From assembly GCA_963709875.1 (NCBI GenBank), contig CAVPYB010000001.1, forward strand, positions 209,806 to 273,805: 64,000 nt of DNA, given 5' to 3'. The DNA is from an uncultured Chloroflexia bacterium (GTDB lineage Bacteria > Chloroflexota > Anaerolineae > Anaerolineales > UBA4823). This document shows, one piece after another, positions 10,804 through 22,200 of the stretch (position 1 is the stretch's first letter; each line of letters begins with the position of its first letter). Both the position numbers and the translations under genes were made by a program. The notes beneath the pieces are model-generated. The model saw nothing but the letters and a program-made list of their open reading frames with translations, made no database searches and was not told the origin of the DNA.

Positions 10804-12306
10804 CTAAAGACCGTAGATATCGCTGTATTTATCCTTCAGATAGCGCATGTACGGGGCGGGGTCGATCTTGGACCCGGTGACCCGCTCGATCAGCTCCTGC
10901 GCTTCGAACTTGGACCCGTGCCGGTGGATCTTCTCGACCAGCCAGCCCAGCAGCGCGGCGAATTCGCCGCGCTCGATCTGCTCAGTAAGGTCGGGGATAT
11001 CTGCGTTGATGCGCTCCCACAGCTGCAAGGAGATCAGGTTGCCCAGGGCGTAGGTGGAGAAATAGCCGAAATAGCCGTCCGACCAGTGTACGTCCTGCAG
11101 AACGCCGTCTTTGTCGTCCGGTGGGGTCAGCCCGAGGTAATCCTGCATGCGGCTGTTCCAGGCTTCCGGCAGGTCTTTGACCTCCAGCGAGCCTTCCATC
11201 AGGGCGATCTCCAGCTCCAGGCGCAGCATGATGTGCAGGTTGTAGGTGGCTTCGTCCGCCTCGACCCGGATCAGGGAGGGCTCGACCTTGTTGATGCCTT
11301 TGTAGAAAGTCATCAGATCGACGTTCCCCAGCTGGCTGGGGAAATATTCCTGCAGGCGCGGGTAGAAATGTCGCCAGAAGGGCAGCGAGCGCCCGACCAG
11401 GTTCTCCCACATGCGTGACTGCGATTCGTGCAGCGCAAGAGACTCCAATACAGCCAGTGGGGAGCGCGACAGAGCGGGATCGACGCCCAGCTCGTAGAAA
11501 GCGTGACCGGCTTCGTGCATGGTGCTGAACAGCGCCGAGCCGACGTAATCCGGCAGGATGCGGGTGGTGATGCGCACGTCGTCGAGGCCCAATTCGGTCG
11601 TGAAGGGATGGGCGGCTTTATCCTGGCGACCGCGATCCCAATCGTAGCCGAACTTGCTGATCACCTCCACCCCAAAGTCCCATTGCTTGCCTTCGTCGTA
11701 TGGCTGGTGCAGGAACGAATCGTCAACCTGAGGCCGGGCGCCGATAGCCTGGATCAGCTCTACCTGCAGTGGGCGCAGGGCGCTGAAGATGGCCTGTACA
11801 TCGGCGGTCTTCATACCCGGCTCGTACTCGTCCAGCAGCGGGTCGTAAATGTGGTCAAAGGGCGCGAAGAGCTGGGCGAAGCGGCGGCGGTTGTCCACGA
11901 TCTTTTCCAGGTAGGGCCGGAATCTGGCAAAGTCGTTCGCCGGGCGCGCCTGCTGCCAGACCGAGAAAGCCTCGGCAGCCAGCTCAGCCAGCTCGGCGAC
12001 CATCTGCGGCGGCACCTTGGTCAGCCGGTCGTACCTGCGGCGGGTGACTTTGATCAGGCACGCGGTATCAGAGTCTGCCGGGAGTTGGGCAGCAGCAGGC
12101 TCCAGGTCATCCAGCAGCCTGCCGACCTCGTCCGAGGTGAATTTAATATGCGCCAGCTTATCGATGGTTGCCATCTGCTGGCCGCGCGCCTCAGCGCCCA
12201 GGGGAGGCATATAAGTCTGCTGGTCCCATCCCAGCAAATAGCCTACGAATTGCAGGTCGGTTACCTCAGCCAGGATAGCTTTCAATTGATCTAGTTTTTC
12301 CTGCAT
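10804..12306 (-). CDS. Carboxypeptidase Taq-type metallopeptidase (family M32)
   Basis: HEAGHAFYE (HExxH), HPF, DVRITT, HESQS, IRVEADE and GVLQDVHWS, all hallmark M32 motifs. Intact 500-aa ORF. Confidence 0.9.
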   Translation of the reverse strand: MQEKLDQLKAILAEVTDLQFVGYLLGWDQQTYMPPLGAEARGQQMATIDKLAHIKFTSDEVGRLLDDLEPAAAQLPADSDTACLIKVTRRRYDRLTKVPPQMVAELAELAAEAFSVWQQARPANDFARFRPYLEKIVDNRRRFAQLFAPFDHIYDPLLDEYEPGMKTADVQAIFSALRPLQVELIQAIGARPQVDDSFLHQPYDEGKQWDFGVEVISKFGYDWDRGRQDKAAHPFTTELGLDDVRITTRILPDYVGSALFSTMHEAGHAFYELGVDPALSRSPLAVLESLALHESQSRMWENLVGRSLPFWRHFYPRLQEYFPSQLGNVDLMTFYKGINKVEPSLIRVEADEATYNLHIMLRLELEIALMEGSLEVKDLPEAWNSRMQDYLGLTPPDDKDGVLQDVHWSDGYFGYFSTYALGNLISLQLWERINADIPDLTEQIERGEFAALLGWLVEKIHRHGSKFEAQELIERVTGSKIDPAPYMRYLKDKYSDIYGL

Positions 12307-12350
12307 TTTGTTTTCTTTCTCCTTTTATTCATTTTTACGAAAGCCTCAAA

Positions 12351-13293
12351 TCATGCAACCCGCCAGCGCAATGGCTCGCCGCGCAGTGCCCTGAGCACTT
12401 CCTCGGCGATGTCCACCGCCGCCCGCTGCTGCGCTTCAACAGTCTGGGCGCTGATATGCGGGGTGGCAATCAGGTACGGGTGCGCCACCAGGGGGGTCAG
12501 CCCGGGCGGCTCCTGGGCGAACACGTCCAGGGCCGCGCCGGCGACCTGCCCTGATTCCAGTGCATCCAATAATGCCGCTTCGTCGATCAAGCCGCCGCGG
12601 GCGGTGCACACCAGCCGCACGCCGGGCTTCATCTGCGCCAGAGTATGGGCGCCGATCATGCCGCGCGTCTCAGGGATGAGCGGGACGTGCAGGCTGATGT
12701 AATCCGAGCGGGTGTACAGCTCCTGCAGGGGTACCGGCTCGGCCTGGCGCTCGCGGATCACGTCGTCCGATAGCAGCGGGTCGTGCCCCAGAACGTCCAT
12801 CCCCAGCGCGGCCGCTCGCTGGGCGAGCGCGGCGCCGATATTGCCCATGCCGATCACGCCCAGCGTCTTGCCGTACAGCTCGCTGCCGAGGAGCGCTTTC
12901 TTCTCCCAGGAGCCGGCTTTCATAGAGGCATCCGCGCGCGGGATGTGGCGCGCCAGCGCCAGCATCAGCGCCAGCGCCTGCTCGGCGACCGCCAGCGTGG
13001 TGGCGGTGGGCGCGTTGACCACGCTTACCCCGCGCTGCCGGGCGGCTTCCAGGTCGATATTGTCCACGCCCACTCCGGCGCGCCCGACCACCTGCAGCCG
13101 CGCGGCAGACTTCAGCAGCTCCGCGGTCACTTTGGTGCGGCTGCGCACGACCAGGGCATCGTACCCGCCGATCACCGCCAGCAGGTCTGCGGGCGACGAT
13201 GCCGGTGGAGTCCTCCACGCGAGCCTGAGGGCGCAGGACCGCCTGCCCTTCTTCGTCCAATCCATCCGTGATTAATACATTCCAATCGCTCAT
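12351..13293 (-). pseudogene. serA: D-3-phosphoglycerate dehydrogenase-like 2-hydroxyacid dehydrogenase, with one frame break near 13210
   Basis: NAD fold GKTLGVIGMGNIG and VGRAGVGVDNID. The N-terminus MSDWNVLITDGLDEEGQAVL..VEDSTGI is in the frame of ORF 12670..13293. The rest (SPADLLAVIGGYDALVVRSRTKV..) is in ORF 12351..13265. Confidence 0.7.
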
Positions 13294-13534
13294 CTGGTTC
13301 GCCTGGCCTGCCGGGCAACTGATTCTACCTCAGAATGGGTATAACCACGAAGAAGTGAAGACACTAAGGAATTCTTATATTAAATGTATGCAAAATACAT
13401 GCAAACCGCCGAAGATAGCTTAATAAGCCGATGTTATAATGTGTAACGATTCTCAATGCGGTGGAGAATTACAGCCTGCAACGATAGTTTAGTCCACCAT
13501 ATATCTATATCATCTCGCAGTAAAGGAGGCAGCT

Positions 13535-14128
13535 ATGAAATTGGGCATCTCTTCTCTGGCGCGATGGGTATTCGTCGCGTCCTTTTTATTGTCCTGGGTA
13601 GGCCTCAGCGGAGCATCGGCTGCCCGCCCTCCTGGAACTGTTTTCGCTGAGGTAGTATCTCTACCTTCAGCGGAGTTGAAAACCGTCCCAACTGCTCCCA
13701 TAAGCCCTTCCCCGCACCCGATCCTGAGCGATATCCGCATCCGCAGGGCGATCGCCCACTGCACGGATAAGGACGCCCTTGTTGCCGCCGCTTTCCCGCA
13801 CCTGACGCCCTTCGAGCGCCAGGATTTGATCATGGACACCTTCGTTCATCACACGAGTTGGGCGTACTCCACGCCGGCGATGACTTATCCCTACAGCACG
13901 ACGCTTGGCACAGCATTGCTGGATGACGCCGGCTGGACCATCCCTACCAGCGGTGACATCCGCATGAAAGGAGGCCAAGAGCTGGCTCTGACGCTGACCA
14001 CCAGCAATTCCAACCTGCGCATAACGATTACGTCTGTGTTCGAGGAGACACAGAGACCACTGAGAATTCTTACGGCTGCTGATGAGAGCGCCGACCTCGG
14101 TCGAAAGCCCACCCTGGCTGCGTCCTAA
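13535..14128 (+). CDS. Signal-peptide protein resembling the middle part of a family-5 solute-binding protein; 3' end replaced by an IS remnant
   Basis: Signal-like N-terminus. IRIRRAIAHCTDKDALV and LLDDAGW..GDIRMKGGQELALTLTT resemble SBP_bac_5 core motifs. Sequence past ~14050 is better explained by the antisense IS5 orfB remnant. Confidence 0.35.
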   Translation: MKLGISSLARWVFVASFLLSWVGLSGASAARPPGTVFAEVVSLPSAELKTVPTAPISPSPHPILSDIRIRRAIAHCTDKDALVAAAFPHLTPFERQDLIMDTFVHHTSWAYSTPAMTYPYSTTLGTALLDDAGWTIPTSGDIRMKGGQELALTLTTSNSNLRITITSVFEETQRPLRILTAADESADLGRKPTLAAS

Positions 14129-14541
14129 GGCTTCAGCTTCGGGGGTGCATTTTTTGCCCCGGCAGCATGCTGATGGGCGCGTACGATGCTCCCATCCACA
14201 AAATGGATTTCCCAGTCCACCTCGCCCAGGAAGTCGCCCTGCGTCTGCAGTTCGGCCAGCACCCGATCCCAAACACCGGCTTCTTTCCAACGGCGGAAGC
14301 GGCTGTAGACGCTGGGCCAGGGGCCATATCGCTCCGGTAAATCCCGCCAAGGCGCACCGGTGCGTAACACCCACAAGATCCCATTCACCATGGTGCGATG
14401 ATCCCCGGCTGGGCGGCCGGTGTGGGGCTTTTGGGGTGGCAAGAGTGGCTTCAGACGTTCCCATTGTTCATTCGATAAGTCGCCTCGGTTCATGGCGACG
14501 CATTATTCCGAACCTTTTATGAGTTTGCAAACACGCCCTAG
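14060..14541 (-). mobile_element. IS5-family (IS427/IS1031-like) remnant: left end plus OrfA only; the DDE part is missing
   Basis: OrfA 14125..14493. A-run slippery site GGCAAAAAATG leads in the -1 frame to ..EALGRSQGGLSTEV, the typical start of IS5 OrfB, which then degenerates. Candidate terminal repeat CTAGGGCGTGTTTGCAAACTC ends near 14541. The inner boundary is uncertain (about 14000-14090). Confidence 0.6.
14125..14493 (-). CDS. IS5-family transposase OrfA (N-terminal HTH part)
   Basis: LSNEQWERLKPLLPPQK..GRPAGDHRTMVNGILWVLRTGAPWRDLPERYGPW.SVYSRFRRW is the canonical IS5/IS427 OrfA sequence. Confidence 0.8.
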   Translation of the reverse strand: MNRGDLSNEQWERLKPLLPPQKPHTGRPAGDHRTMVNGILWVLRTGAPWRDLPERYGPWPSVYSRFRRWKEAGVWDRVLAELQTQGDFLGEVDWEIHFVDGSIVRAHQHAAGAKNAPPKLKP

Positions 14542-14658
14542 TTTATGGGGATGGATAGGGTTTCCATTCGATAGGTTCAGGCAGAAGCGTCGGGGTAGGC
14601 AGAATGCTCTCTGGGTGAAGGACAGGGGTTTATGATCGCAGAGTTTCCAATTAACCGC

Positions 14659-14970
14659 TCAACCGCGAGCATGGGGCTGAATTAACACCTTAACTTCACG
14701 GTCGATGCGTTTACGCAGCTCTTTTTCCGCACGCTCCAGATCGTAGCGCACCTGAAGCCGTAGCCAGACCGCCGCGCTGGTGCCGAAGTAGCGCCCCAGC
14801 CTGAGCGCCGTGTCTACTGTGATGGCGCGCTTGCCGTTGACGATCTGGCTGATACGAATGGGCGTCACGCCGATATCCATTGCCAGCCGATACTGGCTCA
14901 GCCCGAGCGGTTTCATGAAGTCTTCCAGGAGTATCTCGCCCGGGTGAATAGGGGATAGGATTTCATCCAT
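14659..14970 (-). CDS. higA: HigA-family antitoxin (XRE HTH)
   Basis: IHPGEILLEDFMKPLGLSQYRLAMDIGV...ISQIVNGKRAIT is the HigA signature. It lies 11 nt downstream of higB. Confidence 0.9.
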   Translation of the reverse strand: MDEILSPIHPGEILLEDFMKPLGLSQYRLAMDIGVTPIRISQIVNGKRAITVDTALRLGRYFGTSAAVWLRLQVRYDLERAEKELRKRIDREVKVLIQPHARG

Positions 14971-14981
14971 CGGTATACCTC

Positions 14982-15266
14982 TTAGGAATGGTAGTCAACA
15001 ATTACTACGCTTCTTGCCTTACCATCGGAGCACTCGAAACAGATGCGCCATTGATCGTTGATCCGTGTGCTGTACTGTCCGGCTCGATTTCCCGTGAGCT
15101 TCTCAAGGCGGTTTCCAGGAGGAGCCTGCAAGTCCACCAGATCCTCCGCATCATCCAGGTAAAGTAATTTTCGACGGGCAGTACGTTGAATATCCGCTGG
15201 AAGTTTCTTCGGTAGAATGCCTAGAAATACCTTCTCCGTCTCTTTGGATGCGAAGGAGTCAATCAC
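14982..15266 (-). CDS. higB: HigB-family toxin (RelE/ParE superfamily)
   Basis: MIDSFASKETEKVF...RLEKLTGNRAGQYSTRINDQWRICF matches the HigB 'killer protein' pattern. GTG start. Confidence 0.9.
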   Translation of the reverse strand: MIDSFASKETEKVFLGILPKKLPADIQRTARRKLLYLDDAEDLVDLQAPPGNRLEKLTGNRAGQYSTRINDQWRICFECSDGKARSVVIVDYHS

Positions 15267-15272
15267 ATTCGA

Positions 15273-15301
15273 ACAATATCATTGTGCGATAATATTGTCA
15301 A
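15273..15301 (-). promoter_or_regulatory. Putative higBA promoter with an overlapping palindromic operator
   Basis: On the minus strand: TTGACA (15301-15296), a 17-nt spacer, TATTGT (15278-15273). Inverted repeat ACAATAT (15273-79) / ATATTGT (15292-98) spans both hexamers. The GTG start at 15266 is only 6 nt past the -10. Confidence 0.4.
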
Positions 15302-15398
15302 GCGATATGTATCTTGGGGTCAATCATTTAGAAAAACCACTTCACATCTGACAAAACTGAAATCGTTCCGGTACAATTACTCTACCCAAAACCAATCC

Positions 15399-15743
15399 AT
15401 GGAGAATGCCATGCAAACGGAGTACATCATCGTCCTGATCACCGTCCCCTCCCAGGAGGTGGGTGAAGAGATCGCCGCCGCCCTGCTGGGTGGGAAGCTG
15501 GCAGCCTGCGTCAACATCCTTCCTTCCATCACCTCGATCTATGCCTGGAAGGGGGAAGTGCAGAACGACCGGGAAGTCCTACTGGTGGTGAAGACGCGCG
15601 CTGAACTGTTCCACGAGCGGCTGGTCCCGGCGGTGGAAGCCCTGCACCCCTACGAGGTGCCGGAGATCATCGCCCTGCCGGTGGTCATGGGCTCGCAGGG
15701 CTACCTGGATTGGATCGCCGCGGAGACAGAGCCAATAACATAA
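15399..15743 (+). CDS. cutA: CutA divalent-cation tolerance protein
   Basis: YIIVLITVPS...KLAACVNILP.ITSIYAWKGEVQ.D.E.LLVVKT...HPYEVPEIIALP is CutA1-like. Start at 15399 or 15411. Confidence 0.85.
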   Translation: MENAMQTEYIIVLITVPSQEVGEEIAAALLGGKLAACVNILPSITSIYAWKGEVQNDREVLLVVKTRAELFHERLVPAVEALHPYEVPEIIALPVVMGSQGYLDWIAAETEPIT

Positions 15744-15769
15744 CTACATATATCATGGGAGGCTATACT

Positions 15770-16972
15770 ATGCACTACGACTTCGACCGGCGCATCGACC
15801 TGCGCAGCACCGATTGCTCCCGCTGGCGAACCTATGATGAAGATGTGATTCCCCTCTGGGTGGCGGATATGGATTTCGCCTCCCCGCAGCCGGTGATCCG
15901 CGCCCTGCAAGAGCGGGTGGCGTGCGGCGTGTTCGGCTACCCTGAAGGCGCGGGTGGCAAGCCCAGCGAACAGATCGAGCTGCGCCAGATCATCATCGAG
16001 CGGCTGGACCGGCTGTATGGCTGGCAGGTGGAGCCGCAGGAGATCGTATTCGTGCCCGGTGTGGTCACCGGCTTCAATCTGGCCTGCCACGCGGTCGCAG
16101 AGCCGGGCGGGGCGGTGCTGGTGCAGCCGCCGGTGTACCACCCCTTCCTGGAAGCACCGCACAATGCCGGTATGGAGCGCCAGGACGCAGGATTGACCCA
16201 TCTGCCAGATGGTTCCTACGAGGTCGATTACGAAGCGTTCGCGGCGGCTGTCACTGACCGTACACGACTGTTTATATTGTGCAACCCGCACAACCCGGTA
16301 GGCAGGGTTTATCGTCGTGACGAGTTGGCGCGCCTGGCGGAAATCTGTCTGGAGCGTGGGGTGCTGATCTGCTCCGACGAGATCCACTGCGACCTGCTCT
16401 TTAAGGGCAGCCAGCATACCCCCATCGCCTCGCTCGACCCGGAGATCGCCCGCAGCACCATCACCCTGATGGCGCCCAGCAAGACTTTCAACATCCCCGG
16501 CTTGAAGTTCTCCTTCGCCGTCATCCAGAATCCCGAGCTGCGTGAGTTATATCAGAATTCGAGACGCGGTCTGGTAGGCTGGATCAACATCCTGGGCTGG
16601 GTGGCAGCAAAAGCGGCCTACCAGGAGGGGCAGGAGTGGCTGGGCCAGCTCCTGGCTTACCTGCAGGCCAACCGGGATTACCTCTTTGATTATGTGCAGA
16701 GTGAGCTTGCTGGGGTCAGCATGTCGCCGCTGGAGGCCACCTATCTGGCCTGGCTGGACTGCCGCGAGTCACGCGCCTGTGCGGCAGGCAACCCGCAGCA
16801 AATTTTTCTGGATCACGCCCGCGTGGCATTGAGCGATGGGGCGATGTTCGGCAGCGGGGGCGAGGGTTTCGTGCGCCTCAACTTTGGATGCCCGAGATCG
16901 CTGCTGGCTGAGGCGCTCGAGCGCATGAAAATGGCTCTGGAGGATGGGCGCAAACCGGACGGGCAGGTCTGA
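15770..16972 (+). CDS. PLP-dependent C-S lyase / aminotransferase class I/II (MalY/PatB family)
   Basis: MHYDFDRRIDLRSTDCSRW...LWVADMDF and the PLP-lysine motif SKTFNIPGLK. Start at the ATG at 15770. Confidence 0.85.
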   Translation: MHYDFDRRIDLRSTDCSRWRTYDEDVIPLWVADMDFASPQPVIRALQERVACGVFGYPEGAGGKPSEQIELRQIIIERLDRLYGWQVEPQEIVFVPGVVTGFNLACHAVAEPGGAVLVQPPVYHPFLEAPHNAGMERQDAGLTHLPDGSYEVDYEAFAAAVTDRTRLFILCNPHNPVGRVYRRDELARLAEICLERGVLICSDEIHCDLLFKGSQHTPIASLDPEIARSTITLMAPSKTFNIPGLKFSFAVIQNPELRELYQNSRRGLVGWINILGWVAAKAAYQEGQEWLGQLLAYLQANRDYLFDYVQSELAGVSMSPLEATYLAWLDCRESRACAAGNPQQIFLDHARVALSDGAMFGSGGEGFVRLNFGCPRSLLAEALERMKMALEDGRKPDGQV

Positions 16973-17019
16973 GACCAGCCCCTACGCCTAATCCGCAATT
17001 CCTAATTCGCAACTTGCCA

Positions 17020-18245
17020 TCATTCGTACCTCAACGCCTCGACCGGCTCCAGGCTGGCGGCGCGGTTGGCCGGGTACAGCCCGAAGAACAGCCCCACCGC
17101 AGTGGAGAACAGTGTCGCCATCAGGATCGTGTCGATGCCGATGGCGGGGTTGATCTCGGCGTTGTTGGCGGCCGCGATCTGACCGACGACAAATGAGATC
17201 GCCCAGCCCAGGGCGATGCCGATCAGACCCCCGATCAGGCTGAGTACCGACGATTCGGTCAGGAACTGGATCAGGATGTCCATGCGACGCGCGCCAAGCG
17301 CCTTGCGCAGCCCGATCTCGCGCGTGCGCTCGGTCACCGAGACCAGCATGATATTCATGATGCCGATCCCGCCGACCAGCAGCGAGATGGCAGCGATGCC
17401 GCCCAGGAAGATGGTCAGCACGCCAGTGATCGTGCGCGCCGTATCCAGGAAATCCTGCTGGGTGAGGATGGTGAAGTCATCCGCGCCGACCGCCGTGCGG
17501 TGACGAGTGCGCAGGATCTGGGCGATCTCTTCGGATGCCTGGGGAACGGTCTGGGCGCTGACGGCCTGCACCAGCAGCAAGTCGACCCGGTCGCGGGTGG
17601 CGCGCCGCAGCAGGCGTGTCTGGGCGGTGGTCAGAGGGACCATGATCTGATCGTCCTCGTTGGAGAAGCCCGAGCCGCCCTGCGATTCCAGTATCCCAAT
17701 CACGCGGAAGGGCTGGCCTTCGATGCGCACCGTCTCGCCCACCAGCCCCTGCGTGCGCCCGAACAGGCTCTCGGCGACATCCGGACCGAGCAGAACCACG
17801 GATGCCTGTCCCAGGATGTGCTCCTCACGGATGAAATCGCCTTCGGCCATGGTGATATTGCGCACCGGGCCGTAGTCCGGGGTAACACCCGATACTGGGT
17901 GACCTTGGTCTCACCGCCGAAGGTTACCGTGCCGCTGCCCTGCAGCACCGGCGCTACCGCGGCCACGGAAGGCGCCGAGAACGGATCGGCGATGGCGTCT
18001 GCATCTCCCAGGGTGATCGGTTTGGGGTTGCGCACATCCTCCGAGCCGCCGCGGAAGACGAACAGCAGGTTGGTGCCGATGCCCTGGATCGAGCCGGTGA
18101 TGGTGTTCTCCGCGCCGCGGCCGATCGAGATCATGGCAATCACGGCTGCCACGCCGATGACGATCCCCAATATGGTCAGACCGGAGCGCATTTTATTGGT
18201 GGCCAGGCTCTCCAGCGCTTCGATGAACGACTGCCAGAATTTCAT
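17020..18245 (-). pseudogene. MacB/FtsX-type ABC transporter permease, with one frame break near 17885
   Basis: N-terminus MKFWQSFIEALESLATNKMRSGLTILGIVIGVAAV (ORF 17700..18245) continues as ..TKVTQ | VSGVTPDYGPVRNITMAEGDF.. in ORF 17020..17865. C-terminal FtsX 4-TM bundle. Confidence 0.8.
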
Positions 18246-18247
18246 AG

Positions 18248-18946
<699 letters not shown>

Positions 18947-18956
18947 CTATCTAATC

Positions 18957-20516
18957 CTACTGTCCCTGGACGAACGGCGGTGGACCGTTCTGCTCGAAGA
19001 TCAGTGGCGGGTTTAAGCACGATCTGGTCGCCTTCATTTAACTCGCCTTCCATGACCTGGCTCATCTCCTCGGAAGAAGCGCCCAGGCGGATCTCGACCG
19101 GCTCCAGCGTCCCCTCGCGCAGCACGTACACCACCCGCTCGCCCTCCCGGGTGCGCACAGCCCGGTTGGGCACCAGCAGCACATTCTCAAGCTGGTCGAC
19201 GACCATGTTCACCGCGGCGGTCATGCCCGGGCGTACGTCTTCATCGGCATCGGTGAGCTCGACCGTTACGGTGAAGTCGACAGTGCCCTGGGTGGTTGCA
19301 CCGACCGGAGAGACCTCGCTGACCACGCCGCTGTATTCCTTGTTCAGAATGGCGTCGAAGATCAGGCTGACCGGCTGGCCGACCTGGATGCGGTTGATAT
19401 CCACCTCCGACACCTGCACGTCAACCAGCAGCCTGGAAAGGTCATCCAGGCGGAAGGCGAGCGTGCCCGGGGTGACCTGGTCGCCCGGCTTGCTGTTCAC
19501 GTTTGGTAACCTTGCCATCGAAGGGGGCGACGATGCGCGCCAGGTTCAGGGTGGCCTGGGCAGCGGCTACCCGGGCCTCAGCCACAGCGACATCGGCCGG
19601 GTCGGGGCCGTCTTTGAGGCGCTCGTACTCACGCTGCGCGTCGGCGAGCTGGGCTTCCAGCAGGGCGACATCGGCCGGGTTGGCGCCATCTTTGACACGC
19701 TCCCACTCGCGTTGCGCTTCCAGCAGCTGCGCCTGGGCGGTAGCCAGGTTGGCTTCCTGCAGGGCGATGTCGCTGTCGGCGGCGGTGCCTTCCATGCTGT
19801 TCAGCTGCCGTACCGCGAAGTCATACTGCTGCTGGGCTTCTGCCAGCTGGCTGAGCAGCCTGGCGCGCACCAGGTTGTCCTCCGGTTTGTTCTCGTAGGG
19901 TTTGTATTTCTCTTCGGCTTTGTCCAGGCGGTCTTTCGCCAGCGTGACCTGGGCATTGGCTTCATCGATATAGCTCTGGCTGGCTGGGGATTGCGCCCAC
20001 CGCAATGCCCGATCGGCGTTCTCGACCGCTTTTTCGGCGGCGGCAATCGCTTCCTGCGCCTTGGCCTGCAGCAGCTCCGGGTTGCCGGCATCTTCGAGGG
20101 CCTGCTCGGCCTGCTCAACGGCCTGCAGCGCCTGCGCCTGCTGGATTTGTGAGTTGAGCAGGTCGTTGAACGCTTTCTTGGCGCTGACCAGGTCGGCCTG
20201 AGCCAGGATGATCGTCTGCGGCAGGGAGGTCTGCTGGAGTGAAGCCAGCACCTGCTCCGCTGTCACCGGGTCGCCGGACTGCGAGGTTGACCTCTCCCAC
20301 GGTGCCGGAGGTTTGCCATGCCAACAGAGCCGTCTGGTTGGCGCGCACCACTCCGGTTGCCCCGACTGTGGCGGTCAGCTCGCCGCGCCCGGCGGGCTCG
20401 GTTTGGAAGTTTGCGGCAGCGCTCACCTGCCGCTGCTGGCGAATATAGCGGAATCCAAAGAACGCGCCAACCCCCAGGATGACGACGATCGCGATAATAA
20501 TCCATCTTCTTCTCAT
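18957..20516 (-). pseudogene. HlyD/MacA-type periplasmic adaptor (copy 1), broken into >=3 frames
   Basis: Pieces 20115..20543 (TM anchor), 19442..20266 (long coiled coil) and 18910..19518 (beta-barrel/MPD). A further shift at the A-run at 19012-14 restores a typical tail ..[23 protein letters not shown] with its stop at 18957-59. Confidence 0.75.
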
Positions 20517-20646
20517 GAAAATTGCCTCCGATTGACAGTTCAAAACATCTGCACGAGATGTTATTTGCGTAAGTTTTCCGCCTTAGATGCCCGGGCTGCA
20601 CACGCCAGAATCTCGGCTGGTTTAATAAAGTCGCTGCCTTTCAGCT

Positions 20647-22200
20647 TTAATCTCCGCTGGAGGGGTTGAGCAGGATTTGGTCGCCCTGCGCCAACTCACC
20701 GCTCACGACTTCGGAATACGTGTCCGACCTTGAACCCAGGGTCAAGGCGACCGGGATTTCTTTCCCTTCCCGCAGTACATACACCACCCTGGCCCCGTCC
20801 AGCAGCCGCAGAGCGCGGTTGGGGACCAGCAGGGCATCTTCGAGCATGTCGACCACCACTTTGGACGAAGCGGTCATTTCCGGGTGGATGTTTTCATCCG
20901 GGTTGTCGATCTCGATCACAACTTGGAAATTTGGCGTACCCTGGATCACTTCACCCACCTGGGGCACCTCCACAATCCTGCCGGAATATTCTCGTCCTGG
21001 AATGGCGTCGAAAGTCAGGATAACCGTCTGCCCAAGCTTGATTTTGCTGATATCAATTTCCGATACGCTGGCTCCGACGAGCAGTCGAGACAGGTCGTCC
21101 AACCGAAAAGCCTGGTCGCCTTCACCCACCTGGTCTCCGGGTCTGGCATATGCGCTGGTAATGGTAGCGTCGAACGGAGCTTCGATCTGCACCATATCCA
21201 GGGCGGCCTGAGCGGCGGTGGTGCGCGCCTGGGCCGAAGCGATCTCTCCGCTGTCCGGCCCGTCCTTCCAGCGCTCCCATTCGCGCTGCGCATCTGCCAG
21301 CCTGGCTTCCAGCACAGCCAGGTCAGCCGGACTGGTCCCTGCCTGGTCTCGCTCCCAGTCGAGCTGCGCCTGTGCCAGCTGGGCTGAGGCGCGTGCCAGC
21401 TCGGCTTCTGCGACAGCCACGTCACTCGGGTCGGGCGGCTCGACCAGCCGGTTGTAACGGGAGAGCGAATCCTCGTAGGCTCTGCGTTCCTGCAGCTCTT
21501 TCAGCTCCAGCCCTTCCAGGATGCGCTCATACAGCTCCCGGCTTTCGAAGAACATTAATTTGTCTTCGGGTTTGGTCGCGCGGCGGCGCACCCGGTCGAG
21601 CTGCCGGAGGGTGTCGTTATACCTTTTCTCTGCAAGGAGCAGGTTGGCGTTCGCCTGGTCGATGGCAGCCTGGGAGGGCGGTCGGGTGAGGATCTCGAAA
21701 TTGCGCTCGGCCGTGTCAACAGCTACCTGGGCTTCCGCCAGGGCAGTCTGGAGACGGGATATGATCAGCGCCGGGTCGCGGGCATCTTCCAGCGCCTGCC
21801 GGGCCTGCTCTACCGCCTGCCGCGTCTGGGCGCTTTTCACCTGGGAGCTTTGCAGGTCCTCCAGATCGCGCTGCGCGTTGGCCAGGTCGGCCTGTGCCAG
21901 GATGATAGACGGCGGCAGGCTGGATTGTTCCAGGTCCGCCAGCAGTTCGTCGGTTACGACCCTGTCACCCAGGCGCGCATACACGCCACCTACTGTGCCG
22001 CTCGTCTTCCAGCGCAGGATGGCTTGCTGGTTGGAGCGCACCACGCCGGGAGCCTCCACCACGACCATCAAATCGCCGCGCTGTGCGGGTTCGGTCTCGA
22101 CACCGGCGCTGGCGCTGCGCTGCTTCATATAGCTGTCCACCGCAAACCAGCCCAGGAGCAGGACTGCTGCAGCGATGGCAGCAATTACGATCCTTTTCAT
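20647..22200 (-). CDS. HlyD/MacA-type periplasmic adaptor (copy 2, intact)
   Basis: Start at the ATG at 22200 (MKRIVIAAIAAAVLLLGW TM anchor). Extended coiled-coil hairpin and C-terminal barrel domains. Paralogous to copy 1. Confidence 0.8.
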   Translation of the reverse strand: MKRIVIAAIAAAVLLLGWFAVDSYMKQRSASAGVETEPAQRGDLMVVVEAPGVVRSNQQAILRWKTSGTVGGVYARLGDRVVTDELLADLEQSSLPPSIILAQADLANAQRDLEDLQSSQVKSAQTRQAVEQARQALEDARDPALIISRLQTALAEAQVAVDTAERNFEILTRPPSQAAIDQANANLLLAEKRYNDTLRQLDRVRRRATKPEDKLMFFESRELYERILEGLELKELQERRAYEDSLSRYNRLVEPPDPSDVAVAEAELARASAQLAQAQLDWERDQAGTSPADLAVLEARLADAQREWERWKDGPDSGEIASAQARTTAAQAALDMVQIEAPFDATITSAYARPGDQVGEGDQAFRLDDLSRLLVGASVSEIDISKIKLGQTVILTFDAIPGREYSGRIVEVPQVGEVIQGTPNFQVVIEIDNPDENIHPEMTASSKVVVDMLEDALLVPNRALRLLDGARVVYVLREGKEIPVALTLGSRSDTYSEVVSGELAQGDQILLNPSSGD

